Assembly (NCBI GenBank): GCA_043228905.1
Contig: JBHGNT010000005.1
Location: 7,936,001 to 8,000,000 of the forward strand
DNA: 64,000 nucleotides
Origin: Azolla caroliniana
Taxonomy: Eukaryota > Plantae > Polypodiophyta
Direction: 5' to 3'
Position numbers and translations under genes: made by a program. How positions within the stretch are numbered: position 1 is the stretch's first letter; every line of letters starts with the position of its first letter. Below the pieces are notes generated by a model. The model made no database searches. It saw only the letters and a list, made by a program, of their open reading frames with translations, and was not told where the DNA came from. This document shows positions 13,785-26,917 of this stretch, one piece after another.

Positions 13785-14055
13785 TGTAAGGTTGAGACAC
13801 AAAAATTAAAGGAGATAAGTTATATTAATTTTGGAAATCCCCAAACTAGTACTTATGGAATGATCACTAATAGTTATTGAAAACCAGAGCACATTTCCCC
13901 TTCCCAAACATGGGAGGCCCCCTTTTCCAGGAAGATGAGGTTTATTAAATAACCTACCTAGGAATGAGGAATAGGGATCACTTCATGATTGAAACGATTC
14001 CTCTTCTTTTATATTCATATTAACAAACAGTTTCTTTATTTTAACCGCCGTAACA
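13785..14055 (-). repeat. 3' LTR of the chromovirus
   Basis: About 271 bp, near-identical to 31304-31576. A purine-rich PPT lies on the minus strand at 14056-14070. Confidence 0.92.
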
Positions 14056-15715
14056 CTCTCTCACCACTGAAGCGAGTTTCGACCATGAAACATGCTAGCT
14101 ACCAAAGATCAGGTTGATTTAGTGGTGCCATCAGCCATTCAAACCCTGCTTAACGTAATGCTTCTTCCGTCACCCATGAAGTTTCCGCTATTGATCGTCC
14201 CTGCCACTTGACCAAAAAATGACTTTTTCCCCGTCGAACTTGCTTCTTCAAAATTGCCTTTGGCTCATAAGCCATGTTATTTTGCTCATCCCGGCCCCAG
14301 TCGCATCTTAATGAAATCTTTTCTATAAACTAACGTGAAAAACATCATGTATTTTTTATGTCACTAGCAATTGAAGCTTGTAAGACACATTATTGATTTT
14401 CTTTGTGACAACATACAGACCATAAAAACTGTGATTGAACTTTGGCGTTAATCTCTCAGGCAATGGCCAGCTTGAAGCACTCACAAGCACAAGATCCCTT
14501 GGAAAAAATTCCATGTGTTCTCGTTTTTTGTTGACGCGAGCGATCATCTGTGTCTTTGTTTTGTTGAGGATGGCCACTGCTTGTTTCCATCTTTTGCTTC
14601 CATGTTTCTAGGAATTTGTCAGTATCAAGCTCTCTTGTAGGCCTCCTATCTTTATGTTGAATTAGACCAGTACCTCTTTCCCTGTTGCTATTTCAAAGGG
14701 AGAAAAACCAGTGCTCTAATGAATGGCCGCATTATAGAAAAATTCAAGCTTGTCAACATGATCCACCCAATCTGTCTAATCAACCCGGACATAGCAACGA
14801 ATGTAGTCTTCCATACCTTGATTAAGCTTCTCGGTTTGGCCATCTGTTTGTGGATGAGCCGATGAAGACATACAAAGTTGTGTGCCTAACACCCGAAATA
14901 GCCCTTGCCAGAAACCGTTGTCGTGAAGATTCCGGGCCATAAGGGGAAACGTCGTCGAATACGCGGGAACATGGGTGTACACGAGTACACTACCCTTTTG
15001 AATTAACTTATGTGGGAGAGTCATGAGGAGAGCAAATCAAGTAGAGAATCTAGGGATGGATAGCGACGGGTGATTAAAGTTGATGTAACGGTCTCTCTTG
15101 GTGCGATAAAAAGGGGGTGGCCTAAGATTGTTTGATGGGGGGGGGCGATCTGGAGAAGAAGAAGAGGCTGCCAAACCAGAGACAGGAGCTCTCTCTCTTT
15201 CGCTTGCTCTCGGCTGAAGCTCGACGACTGAACGACGGAAGGCGGACCCTCAGCTCACGTCAGACGCCCGCGTGCTCCCAACCAGAGGTTCACCTTACTG
15301 TGTATTTGCTTGAGAGCTCAAAGCTCGGTGACGGGACCATACAGGTTGTTTCCCTGCGCTTCACGCGCACATTCTATCTAGTAGCTTTAATCTACTACAT
15401 CATTTTATGTTGCTATTCTACTCGAGACTCTATCACCGGCTTTGATCCGGTTGTAATCGCTTACTACGTTATGTGCCCATTCAATTTAATATAACTTACC
15501 TCGTTAATTTGAGATGCTCGTGGTGTCTCTGTCTTGTCGCGTCGTGTCGGGCCTAAAACACACGATTCTCTCTCCGCTACTCTTCTCTGTCTACCCACGG
15601 TCTCTGAGTTCACACGAAGTGTGGACTCCTTCCCCTCACTTCTTGATTCCTTGGTTCAAGAACCTCGTGGTCCTGCCCCGTTTCTACGCATCCACACAGA
15701 ATACCGTGACATCCT

Positions 15716-15733
15716 TGGTGAACCCGACGTGAA
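15716..15733 (+). promoter_or_regulatory. Primer binding site complementary to cytosolic tRNA-Trp 3' end
   Basis: TGGTGAACCCGACGTGAA is the reverse complement of ...TTCACGTCGGGTTCA-CCA (plant tRNA-Trp, recalled from memory). It lies 4 nt after the LTR end. Confidence 0.85.
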
Positions 15734-18700
15734 AAGGGGCGGCAAAGGAATTTGAAAATGAGAGGGAGTGAACTCGCCGAAGCGATGGTGGTGGCTTGCT
15801 GTACACCGCCTAGTTAGTGCTCGCGAGGGCACGAGTGCCCTCAACAGGGCCATAGAAGCAACGGTAGACAAGATAGGCCGGTTTAGTGGTAAAGACGCCA
15901 TGAGTTACCTGGAGGCCTACAGATCCGAGATGCAGATGAGGAACATTCCGGAGGACAAACGGCTGACCGGATTTCCCCGGGTCGTGACGCCAAGCATCCA
16001 TGCGAAGATGATTGAAATACAAGCAAGATGTCACGATTGGGCGGACTTCGCAGAGTGGGTTCTCGAGCGGTACAGCTTCGATGACTCGCTCCGACTGTCG
16101 AAAAAGGACTTTAAGGATTGGGTTGACAGCCCTAGCAAGGGTCGGAACGCGTCAGTGCTCCTCCTGGAGTTCGAGTCGCGATTCGCGCGGCTCTCAACGT
16201 TAGATCGGACCAGACTGTGCTTGACACAAGCAAGGTTCTGTTGTTCATTAAATCATTCGATTTGCACAACCGCGACAATGTGGGCCTCCTTCTAGAGACA
16301 AATGATGGTCTCACAGTCGACTGGGCTGTGGTCAAAGGAGTGTGTGGCAGGATTGACAAGCGTCGAGATTGGAAAGAAAAGGCGTCCTCGCCAACCAGGC
16401 TAGCTGTCGAAACAAGGGCCAAGCCAACACCGATCTGAGCGGAAGAGACGAGAAGGCGGCTTGAGTTGGGCCAGCCTCCGGCAAACGTAGTCGCAGGGCC
16501 ATCAGGCGGCGCAGGTTTGGAAGAACTGACGAGGATGGTGCGTGATCTCCAGATCGCCCAGGCCCGACGAAGCGACAAAAGTAAGTCACGTGACCGGCGG
16601 CCACCGGCCAACGAAAGGTGTATATGGTGCGATGTCATCGGTCATGCCTGGAGAGATTGTGCCGACTCCAGCGAAGTGCTCAGGAGCAACGTGGTGTACC
16701 TTTGGAACGGTACGGTTCACGCGAGCGACATGTGGAGAATGCTCGAGGTAAATCCCGGACGGGGTGGCATGAAGAGGTTAATGGAAGAGGCCGCGGTGCG
16801 GCATGTCGAGGCCATCCATTACTCAGCCTCGACCGACATCCGCGTAGGTGGAAAGGTGGATACACCCGATACACACCCCGGGTTCTGGCTGGTGGTACTT
16901 GAGACCTTCTCCGGGGGAAGCCTGCAGAAGGGAGAAGCGGAGCGCGCGGAGAAACGTGTATGCGAGGTCATTGGCTAGAGTGACCCACACATGCCAGAAC
17001 TATGAGGCCCTGGTCGACGACAGGCGGGCCGGAAAGACCAGAGGAGTAGGTCCTTCGGGGAGGTATGACACCCGGAGCGGACCCAAGAGGCACGATGCCG
17101 CTCCAACCGGTCCTAGGAAAAGGAAAAGGGCAAGGTTCCAAGCTTCCGACTAATCTCGGAGATTGAGAAAACGACGCATCTGCAGAAGGTTCTGGAGGAG
17201 CAAGTTCTCGATAGTCACGTAGAACTCACGCTGAGGGAAGTGCTAGGCATAGCAAGGAGAGAATTCCACGACAACATCATGGATCTCGTGAAGAGGAAGC
17301 GTCTCACGATGGAACTGGAACCAGAAAAAACGGTTGAAGTAAGGGCGGTGCTCCTCGACGAGATGGTTATTGAAGAAGAGCTTGCGGTAAGCCACTACAC
17401 TAGGCCACACTAGGCAAGAGCGACAACAGAAACCCCGGTTCGTATCGGGGATGTGAAGGAGCCAGTGGTAGCGTTGATAGACCACGGGTTGGAAATTAAC
17501 CTAATGTCCATTGACTTCTACAAAAGGGGGAAATGGCTAATCAACACTAAACACAGATGGAAGATACACGCAGCTACGAGGGCCACAGAAGAGCTACACA
17601 GGGCTTGTCCAAATGTCAGAGTAACTGTTGGGGACGTCGAGATAGAACAACACTTTTTCGTGCAAGAGACGTCTTCCCATTCGGTCATTCTCGGCGAACC
17701 ATACATTACGGCGGCTCGAATGGAGACCAAATTACTAGACAATGGTTCGGCCTACGCAAGGGTAAAAAGTCAAGATGGCTGTCACTCCGTCCCGTTTTTT
17801 ACAGTACGGCAGAATCACGAGCGAAACCGGGACACCCTCGGGAACACCGATTGAGAGGATTTTTAGAAAGGGCTATCAAGGCGTGGGGCTGCGATAGTCC
17901 AGACGACCGGAACATACCCCACACTTGTACTAAAGGTAGGAAAATTTTATTCTCTGACAATGGAGGTTGTACCATAACCGGCATTAATGGCCGAGAAAAG
18001 AAACGGGCCGAGACGCGCTTGAAGGCATGCGGAGCCTTGGGCCGTGATGAAAGGATTGGTGAAGCCATGGATGCGGTCTCGTTTGATGACGCCCTTGGAG
18101 AAATCGAGAGGGTAGTCAAAGGAGGTCTAAGTGAAGTCCAGAAGGTGAAGCCAGTCGCGGCTCCCTTGTCGGAGGGCAGCTGGGAACGAATAATGGGGGT
18201 CGCCACCGACCCGAGCTTGCGAGATCTGGCCGGCATAGGATACCGTTTCACCGACAAAACGCTGCGAGAGCTAAAGATCGGTGGGGGTGGCTTCCTACTA
18301 CCGGTGTTAGAGGACCGGTTCAGGAGGATGCTCAAGAAGCACGGGAAATCCTTCACATTCTTACCATAAGAGATTCGGTGTGTCGACCCAACATGGTCGA
18401 CCCCATGGTGATCTTTACGGTACCGCACGTGCCATGGAGTCTCAAGCCGATCCAAGTACCAAGAGCTCATGTTCTGATACTGATGGAGCTTCTTAAGCAG
18501 AAAGTGAAGCTGAGCATACTCAAACCATTGAGTGCCTTGTACTCTAACCGATGGTTTACAGTACCAAAGAAGAACGGCACACTGCGCTTCATTTAGGACC
18601 TACAACCGGTCAATAAAGTAACCATCCGCAATACGGGAGTCGGACCGTCGATCAATGAGTTTGTGGAAGCCTTCGCCGAGAGATCCATATATTCGGTCAG

Positions 18701-21528
18701 AGATCTATACTCGGGGTACGACCAATTCCAACTGGCCGTCAAAAGCAGGGACATCATGACGATGCGGACCCCTCTCGATTTGGTTCGGATGTGCACCCTA
18801 CCGCAAGGAGGGACCAACTCGGTGGCACACATGGTGAATGCAATGAACAAAGTCCTAAGGGACTGTATCCCGGACATCACCATGTCGTTCCTAGACTACA
18901 ACCCTATAAAGGGGTGTCCGGAGGACACAAAGGATGAGTCAACCAAAGCGGACAAATGCCGAAGGTTTGTTATGGACCACATCTCCGACTCTGAGAAGAT
19001 ACTGTAAAGGCTTGAGGGCATTCAGCTTACCTTCTCCGGGGAGAAGTCGGCTTTCGGACAACCAGAGATCTTAGTGGTCGGCCACTTGTGCGGGCCGTAT
19101 GGCCGGAAGCCATCCCCGGCAAAGGTAGAGGCCATCTCGGCAATGAAGGAGGAGTGCGGATCCATCATAGAAGTCCGACGTTTCTTAGGAGCATGCGCCT
19201 TCTACCACATATGAATACCTCACTATGCGCACATCGCCAAACCACTCTACGGCTTGATGAAGAAAAGCAGGAAGTTCGAATGGGCCGAAGAACACACAAA
19301 GGCAATCCGGAGGCTAAAACGAACGCTGACAATGGCACTGGTTTTATGGAAAGCAGTGTACACACCGGACTCTCCGGTTCACATCACGGTGGACACTAGC
19401 CCGACTGGAATCGGATGGGTTGTAAATCAGGAGGACGAGAATGGCACGCGTTTCCCTATCCGGTTCAGTGCGAAGGTACTGAGCGAGCGACAACGAGTAT
19501 ACGCCCAAGTCAAGCGCGAACTGTGGGGTATTGTTTCGGTGGTTAAGGTCGACAAGGACTACTTGATCGAGACCGAAGTAATTATAGAGATGGACTGCTT
19601 GCCGATTCTCGGTATGGTCTCTGGGTGCGCAACTCCTGACCTGGCCATGCTCAAATGGATTGCGTACATTAAGTCCCTGAACCCGGAAATACGGCACATC
19701 TCCAGAAAAGACAATGCCATGGCCGATATGCTTTCCAGAGCAAGGTTCGAGAAGGAGGAGGACATGGTATCAGAAGACGAAGAAGTCGGCGCACACTTCT
19801 TCAAATCAGCAAGGATGAAGGTAAAAAGGCGGAGCACTCCGTCCCTGAACAAGTTCGACGAGGAAAACTATGACGGGGAGTGGCTTCTAATTGGGAGATT
19901 CTTAAAGACGATGACGACAGACGCCTCATTGACTAGGGAGGAAGTGAGTCAACTCCGGAAGAAGGTGTACAAGTACTTCCTATGAAACGGGAAAATTTGG
20001 AGGCATCCGAAGAAGCAGAACGACGCACCACTCTAGGTAATAGCACAAGCGGAGGATCAAGAGAGACTGATATCAGAGTTCCACGAAAGCCCTTGGTCCG
20101 GGCACCGGGATACATGGGCCACATTCGAGAAGCTAAAGGAGAAATATTGGTGGCCAGGTATATATAAAGGCGTGCACGACTTTGTGTCAACATGCGAAAG
20201 TTGCCAGATGCACTTGGTGGTTCGTCACCGCGACGAGCTGCACCCAGCATACCCGTCGGCCGTACACTTCAAATGGATGGTCGACTTGGTAACGATGCCG
20301 ATGGGAGTAGGCCAGATGCGATACCTGGTGCTAGCAAGGGAAGATCTGACGAACCAGGTGGAGGGCCGAGCACTGACAAACAAGACCACCACGGCCGTAT
20401 GCAAATTTTTGATCGAAGATGTCATATGCTGATACGGGTGCGTAGGAAAGATTGTGGCTGACCGAGGAGAGTTAGATGGAGAGGGGGCCGAGGAACTTTT
20501 CGACTGGTTAGGTGTGAGGTTGTCCCTCACAACGGAATACAACCCTGAAGCGAATGGGAAGATTGAGTGGGGCCATGGTCCGATCGTAAAAGACATTGTA
20601 CGCGCGTGTGAAGGACGAGTCGGCAATTGGCCGAGGCTACTCCCTTATGCACTATGGGCGGACCGGACTGCCCACAGTTCAGTGATAGGGTACATGATGA
20701 CGGACTTATGTTTGGGCAGAAACCTATCATGCTGGTGGAGCGGACAATCGCCTCCTGAATGACGATCGATTGGGCCGACGAAATGAGCCGAGAGGAGTTC
20801 TTGGCAGCACGCATCCGACAACTCGAGCGAAGGCCGGAAGCTGTGGAACGGGCAACCGCGAGGGTGAAGGAAGCAAGAAACCGAAACAAGGCTAGGTTCA
20901 ACCGAACACACCGACTTCGGCGAAAGAAGATCGAAAAAGGCGACTGGGTGCTGGTCTACGACAGCAGTCTGAACAACCAGCATCGTCCTACGCATAAGTT
21001 CGCAAAACAGTAGTTTGGGTCGTACGTGGTAATCAACGCCAACGACAACGCGATGTACCATCTCGCGAAGCTCGACGGTACCCGAATGACGACACCAGTG
21101 GCCAAGAACCGGATAAAAGCCTTCAAGAAGCGGAACTAGGAGGAACCGGATTCAACGGTGGGGATTGAAAGCGGCGATTCAGACTAGGAGGACGAGTAAT
21201 GGTTGGCCTCGGAATCCATCACTAAATTCGCTACCCGGCACATACCGAAAGATGTGCGGTTTAGTGGGGTTGGATTCGTGAAGATTCCGGGCCATGACGG
21301 GAAACGTCGTCGAATACGCGGGAACACGAGTGTACACGAGTACACTACCCTTTTGAATTAACTTATGTGGGAGAGTAATGAGGAGAGCAAATCAAGGAGA
21401 GAATGTAGGGATGGATAGTGACGGGTGATTAAAGTTGATGTAACAGTCAATCTTGGTGACCGTTACATAGTGTAAAGAAGAAGAGTGTTTGATAGAGGGG
21501 ACGATTTGGAGAAGAAGAAGAGGCCGCC

Positions 21529-24500
21529 TATAAAGAATAGGATATGATTCTTGTGAAGCAGAAGAGATGTGAGTTATGTGTGTATGTGTGAGAGGAGAGA
21601 GGAGAGGAGAGAAACACAAGATAGATAAGAGACAATAACAAGTACTCAAGAAGAAGAAGGAGATGTATATTAACAAGTAGAATATGAGATACAAAATAGC
21701 GTTACAAGGAGTCACAACCGACTTAATATGGAGTAGGAGGAGGGTGCTTTATATAGAGTCACCCTCTCTCTTCATTTACTCACTACAACGTTCACTCTCT
21801 CACTAGAGCCTTGAGGAATGTGAAGTCTTACGGTCATGGGGAATGTGGAACCATTAGTTATGTGTCATAGAATATGAATCTATGACACATAGTTTAATGT
21901 GTAGAGAGTGGTGGTGTGACTCTTGACCTTTGAGTAATCATAGATTCTCAAAAGGTGTGTTCACACGTTGCTCTATGTTGAGCTTGATTCTCAACACGCC
22001 CCCTCAAGCTCAACTCGGGTCAACTCCTTTCGGTTGATGTCCGCTTCGGCTAGTATCCAGTTCAAACGATCTATGTTGTCCGTTTCGGCTCGTATCCGGT
22101 TCGGTCGGTATCTGATTCTCGCTTGTACTCCCCCTCAAGCTTCGCAAGTCAGGGATCATCAATCCAAGGTCTGACATGAATTGCCAAAGCTTGTCGGCTC
22201 CTAGGGCTTTCGTGAAGATGTCGGTCGTTTGAAGATTTGTGTTGTGTAGAAGGTCAACATCTCCGGCGTGAACACGCTCTCGAATGAAGTGATAGTGCAC
22301 TTCGATATGCTTTGTGCATGCGTGGAACACCGGGTTCCGAGCCAAATAAATATTGCTCATGTTGTCGCAGTAAAGGGGAGTCGAATCCTTGATGGCAACA
22401 CCCAGATCCTTCAAAATCCTCTTAAGCCATACGGCTTCACATGTAGCTACGGTTGCGCCCCTGTATTCCGCCTCTGTACTCGAAAGAGAAACGGTAGGCT
22501 GCTTCTTGCTACTCCACGAAATCGCTCCATTGCCAAGGGAGAAAACGAATCCAGAGGTCGATCATCATTCGGCTTTGTAGCCAGCCCAATCCGCGTCCGT
22601 GTATCCTTTGAGTCGTATTGGTGTGGCCGATTTGTAGAGAATGTCGTAATCCATTGTTCCGCTCACATATCGTAATATTCGCTTAGCGCAATCGAAATGG
22701 ATATCTCGCAGACTTTGCATGAATTGGCTAAGGAGTCTAACCGGATAGCTAAGGTCGGGTCATGTGATCCTGAGATAGATGAGACTCTCGATCAGTCGTC
22801 GATATTGAGTCAGATCGCACTCGTTGATGCCAGAGTCGGCATCTAGTTTGAGGTTTCTATCAAGAGGCGTAGCGATCGATTTGCACTCCGTCATCCCGAA
22901 CTTGTATAACAAGTTGAGAATGTAGTGCTGTTGAGAGATCATAATGCCGGCCGGATTCCGAATCACCTCGATGCCTAGGAAGTAGTGTACCTCCTTCATG
23001 TCCGTCATCTTGAATTTGTTGGAGAGGAGGGACTTCACCTTGTTGATGTCGACTAAATGCTCACCTCCAATAACGAGATCATCCACGTATAGAATGATGA
23101 CAATTGAGCTTTTAGACTCGTTTCTTACATAGAGGGAGTTGTCGGATTTCGACATTCGAAAACCGATTTGATGAAGATATTGTGTAATCTTCGAATGCCA
23201 AGCATGTGGTGCTTGCTTGAGGCCGTAGAGAGGCTTCTTGAGTCGACATACAACTTTTGGATGGATATTGGATTAGAAGCCGGGTGGTTGAACCATGTAC
23301 ACCTCTTCTTCCAATTCACCTTGAAGAAAGGCTTTATTTACGTCCATTTGGTGGAGGTGCCACCCTTTCGCCGCTGCAAGTGCGATCACGGTCCGCACAG
23401 TCGTCATCTTTGCCACCGGGGCAAAGGTCTCTTCGTAGTTGACTCCATGTGTTTGCGCATATCCTTTCGCTCTGAGTCGAGCTTTGTAGCGATTGACGGA
23501 GCCATCGGCAATATACTTCACCTTATAGATCCATTTGCAACCTATCGCCTTCTTGTGCGGTGAGTGGGGAACGATATCCCATGTGTCGTTCTTGCGTAGT
23601 GCCCATGTCTCCTCGTTCATTGCTTCGATCCATCGCGGGTCCTTCGTGGCTTCGGAAAAGGTTTCTGGCTCCCGTATTGTTGCGACCTTCATCATAAAGG
23701 CGTAATGGTATGCCATATACTCATTGTAGCCGAAGCGGCTTACGGGGTTCTTTTCACAGGTGGATCGCCGTAGCTTCTTGTTTGCGGATTCTAAGGCTTT
23801 CTTCACTCCATTTGTCCAGATGTCAAGGCCTTCGAACTCACTATTGAGGGAGTGAGTCGATTCGTCGCCATCGAAATGAGCATCTTCATACTCCGGCATT
23901 TTGGCCTTCCCGACTTCGGGTCAAGCTTTTGACGTTCTCGTCGGGGATGTGCACGTACGCAATGGAGCCGAATATCCGAACATGTGACAGCTCCGGCCTC
24001 TTTCCAAAGAACTTCTCGTGCAGAGTAAGTTCGTGCACACCCGATGTCATACACCGATTCATGAGATAGACGGTCGTGTTAGCTGTTTCCGCCCAATACG
24101 ATTTCGGCATGTGCTTTTCGTTAAGCATAGCCCGTGCCACTTCGAGGATGTGCCGATTCTTGCGTTTGGCCACTCCGTTTTGTTGTGGCATATGTCGACA
24201 CGAAAACTCTCGTCATATTCCTTTTCGTAGAAATGCCGAAATTTCGTTGGAGAAGTACTCCTTGCCTCCATCCAACCGAAGACATCGTACATGTCGGCCC
24301 GTGGCTTTCTCGACTTCATTCTTAAATTTTTGGAAGTGTCCGAACACTTCGTTCTTTTATCAGATGGGGTAGATCCAGGTGTACCTGGAGAAGTCATCGA
24401 TGAAGGCCACATAGTATCGACATCCGTCGAATGTAGCCGTCTGAGCCGGACCCCATACATCGGAATGAATTATGTCGAGTACGCCTTTGCTCACGTTTCG

Positions 24501-26917
24501 CTCCTTTGGAAATGGGTGCCGATGTTGCTTGCCAAATTGGCAAGCGGCACACACACCTTCAATCTCTGTCTCCGTGAATGTCGGGAGCCCAATGACGACT
24601 CCTTTTGATGGTATTGCCTTGAGCTTTTGGAGGTTGATATGGCCAATCCACTTGTGCCATAACTCTATGTCGGAATCGGCTTTCATGCCCTTTGCGAACA
24701 TGGCCGATTTCATCTTGTGTGAGTCGAGAATGAACATTCGACCCTCTCTTCGTCCGCGTGCGATGAGTCAGCCCTCTTTTTCGATGAAGCAACCGCCTTG
24801 ATTAAATCGTACTTGCATTCCTTGCTCTACAATTTGACTGACGGAGACCAAATTTTTCGTGATAGTTGGTACATGCAAGACATTTTTAATATAAGTTTGC
24901 TTACCGTCTTCTCCGAACGGAACATTTCCGACTTGCCGAATCGGGTGCGTAGTATCGTCTCTGGTTTTGACATAGCTGGGTCGGTCCGGTTCTCGAAGTT
25001 CTCAGAACCATTCTTGATGCGACGTCATATGGTTCAAGGCACCGGAATTGACGAACCATACGTCTTCTGGACCGGAGGCATTAGTAGAAGTAGAGGCCGA
25101 CATAGAATTCATTCTATGTCTCATCACGAACATTCCGCCGCGATCGTCATAGTCAGAGTTGATGGTGTAGTTGGTGAGTTGTCGGCTAGTGGAAGCCGAC
25201 TCGCGTATCTTCTTACAACATTCTTCTTCGTGGTGGCCAACTTTCCCGCAATATCCGCATTCGATTGAGGTTTGTCGGCTCAGACCAAAATGGTGACTCC
25301 CCCTTCTTCCGAAGGTTCCCCGATGGCCTCCATCTTGTTGCCGTAATTGAGAGTTGTTTTCGTAAATCGGTCTTCCTCGTTGATGGTGTAGTTGGTGAGT
25401 TGTTGGCTAGTGGAAGCCGACTCGTGTATCTTCTTACAACATTCTTCTTCGTGGTGGCCAACTTTCTTGCAATATCCGCATTCGATTGAGGTTTGTCGGC
25501 TCAGACCAAAATGGTGACTCCCCCTTCTTCCGATGGTTCCCCGATGGCCTCCATCTTGTTGCCGTAATTGAGAGTTGTTTTCGTAAATCGGTCTTCCTCG
25601 TCCGCCTCGTCCTTGGCCGAATCGGCCTCTTCTTGCACGGTCGCGTCCTCTTCCTCCGTCTGAATGCGTGTAGAGCATTTGGCCATCCGAGGCGCTACTC
25701 CTTGTTCGAACATGGTTTTCTTCGACCAACAACATGGATTGAAGATCGAAGAACGAGGGCGGATTCTCCCATGCTAGTACGGCGGTCCGCATCGCGCCGA
25801 ATCTTGGTGCAAGGCAGTCGAGACATATTTGCACCATCTCGTCATCCTCCACGTTTACGCTTATCGAGCCAAGTGAATCACAAAGCTCCTTGATCTTCAA
25901 GGTGTAGCTCGTGACGGACATATCCCTTTGTTGGATATTATTCAATTCTTGGTGGAATTGAAACTTTCTCGCGGTAGTGTTGGCGGCGAAAATCTTTCGT
26001 AGATTCTCCCACGCTTCCTTCGGCGTCTTGGCTTCTCGAATGTACCCGAGCATGTGGTCGTGAACACATGTCGCCAAGCAATACATCACTCTACTTGCCG
26101 CTTGCTCCCACGTTGCATAGTCGGCGTCTTCCGGGTTGGGCCGATTTTCTTGTGCTCCTTTGATGTAGCTCCAATAGCCTTGGCCGACAAGGTATTGGTG
26201 CATCTTGTACTCCCAAGATGCAAAGTTGTTGCGATCCAACTTCTCACTCTAGGGAGAGCACTCCCCATTTGAGTATTCATTGTCGATGTAGATTTCTTCC
26301 TTCTTTTCTTTTCCTTCTCTCTCGAACACGAGCTATGTAGTCGCACTATGATAGCGATGAGCCGGTTCTTCTTGAACGTCAGTGTAGAGCACAACACAGG
26401 ATCACGATGAGGCGAGTGGGCTAGATCGAGCTACCAAATCGCTCTGATACCATGTAAAGAATCGGATATGATTCTTGTGAAGCGGAAGAGATGTGAGTTA
26501 TGTGTGTATGTGTGAGAGAAGAGAGGAGAGGAGATAAACACAAGATAGATAAGAGACAATAACAATTACTCAAGAAGAAGGCGGAGATGTATATTAACAA
26601 GTAGAATATGAGATACAAAATAGCGTTACAAGGAGTCACAACCAACTTAATATGGAATAGGAGGGTGCTTTATATAGAGTCACCCTCTCTCTTCATTTAA
26701 TCACTACAACGTTCACTCTCTCACTAGAGCCTTGAGGAATGTGAAGTCTTACGGTCATGGGGAATGTGGAACCATTAGTTATGTGTCATAGAATATGAAT
26801 CTATGACACATAGTTTAATGTGTAGAGAGTGGTGGTGTGACTCTTGACCTTTGAGTAATCATAGATTCTCAAAAGGTGTGTTCACACGTTGCTCTATGTT
26901 GAGCTTGATTCTCAACA
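21529..26917 (-). mobile_element. Ty1/copia LTR retrotransposon inserted in the 3' LTR of the Trp-PBS gypsy
   Basis: LTRs at 21529-21996 and 26453-26917, highly similar. PBS-Met at 26441-26452. TSD CCGCC/CTACC (CpG-decayed). Gag-PR-INT-RT-RNase H present with frameshifts, a deletion near 23910 and a tandem duplication at 25159-25600. Same family as 6169-11027. Confidence 0.95.

Noticed and set aside
21392-21715. Hydrophobic ORF resembling an env or membrane protein (also 26421-26645)
   Set aside because: It lies inside the copia LTR. The hydrophobicity comes from TC-rich low-complexity sequence.
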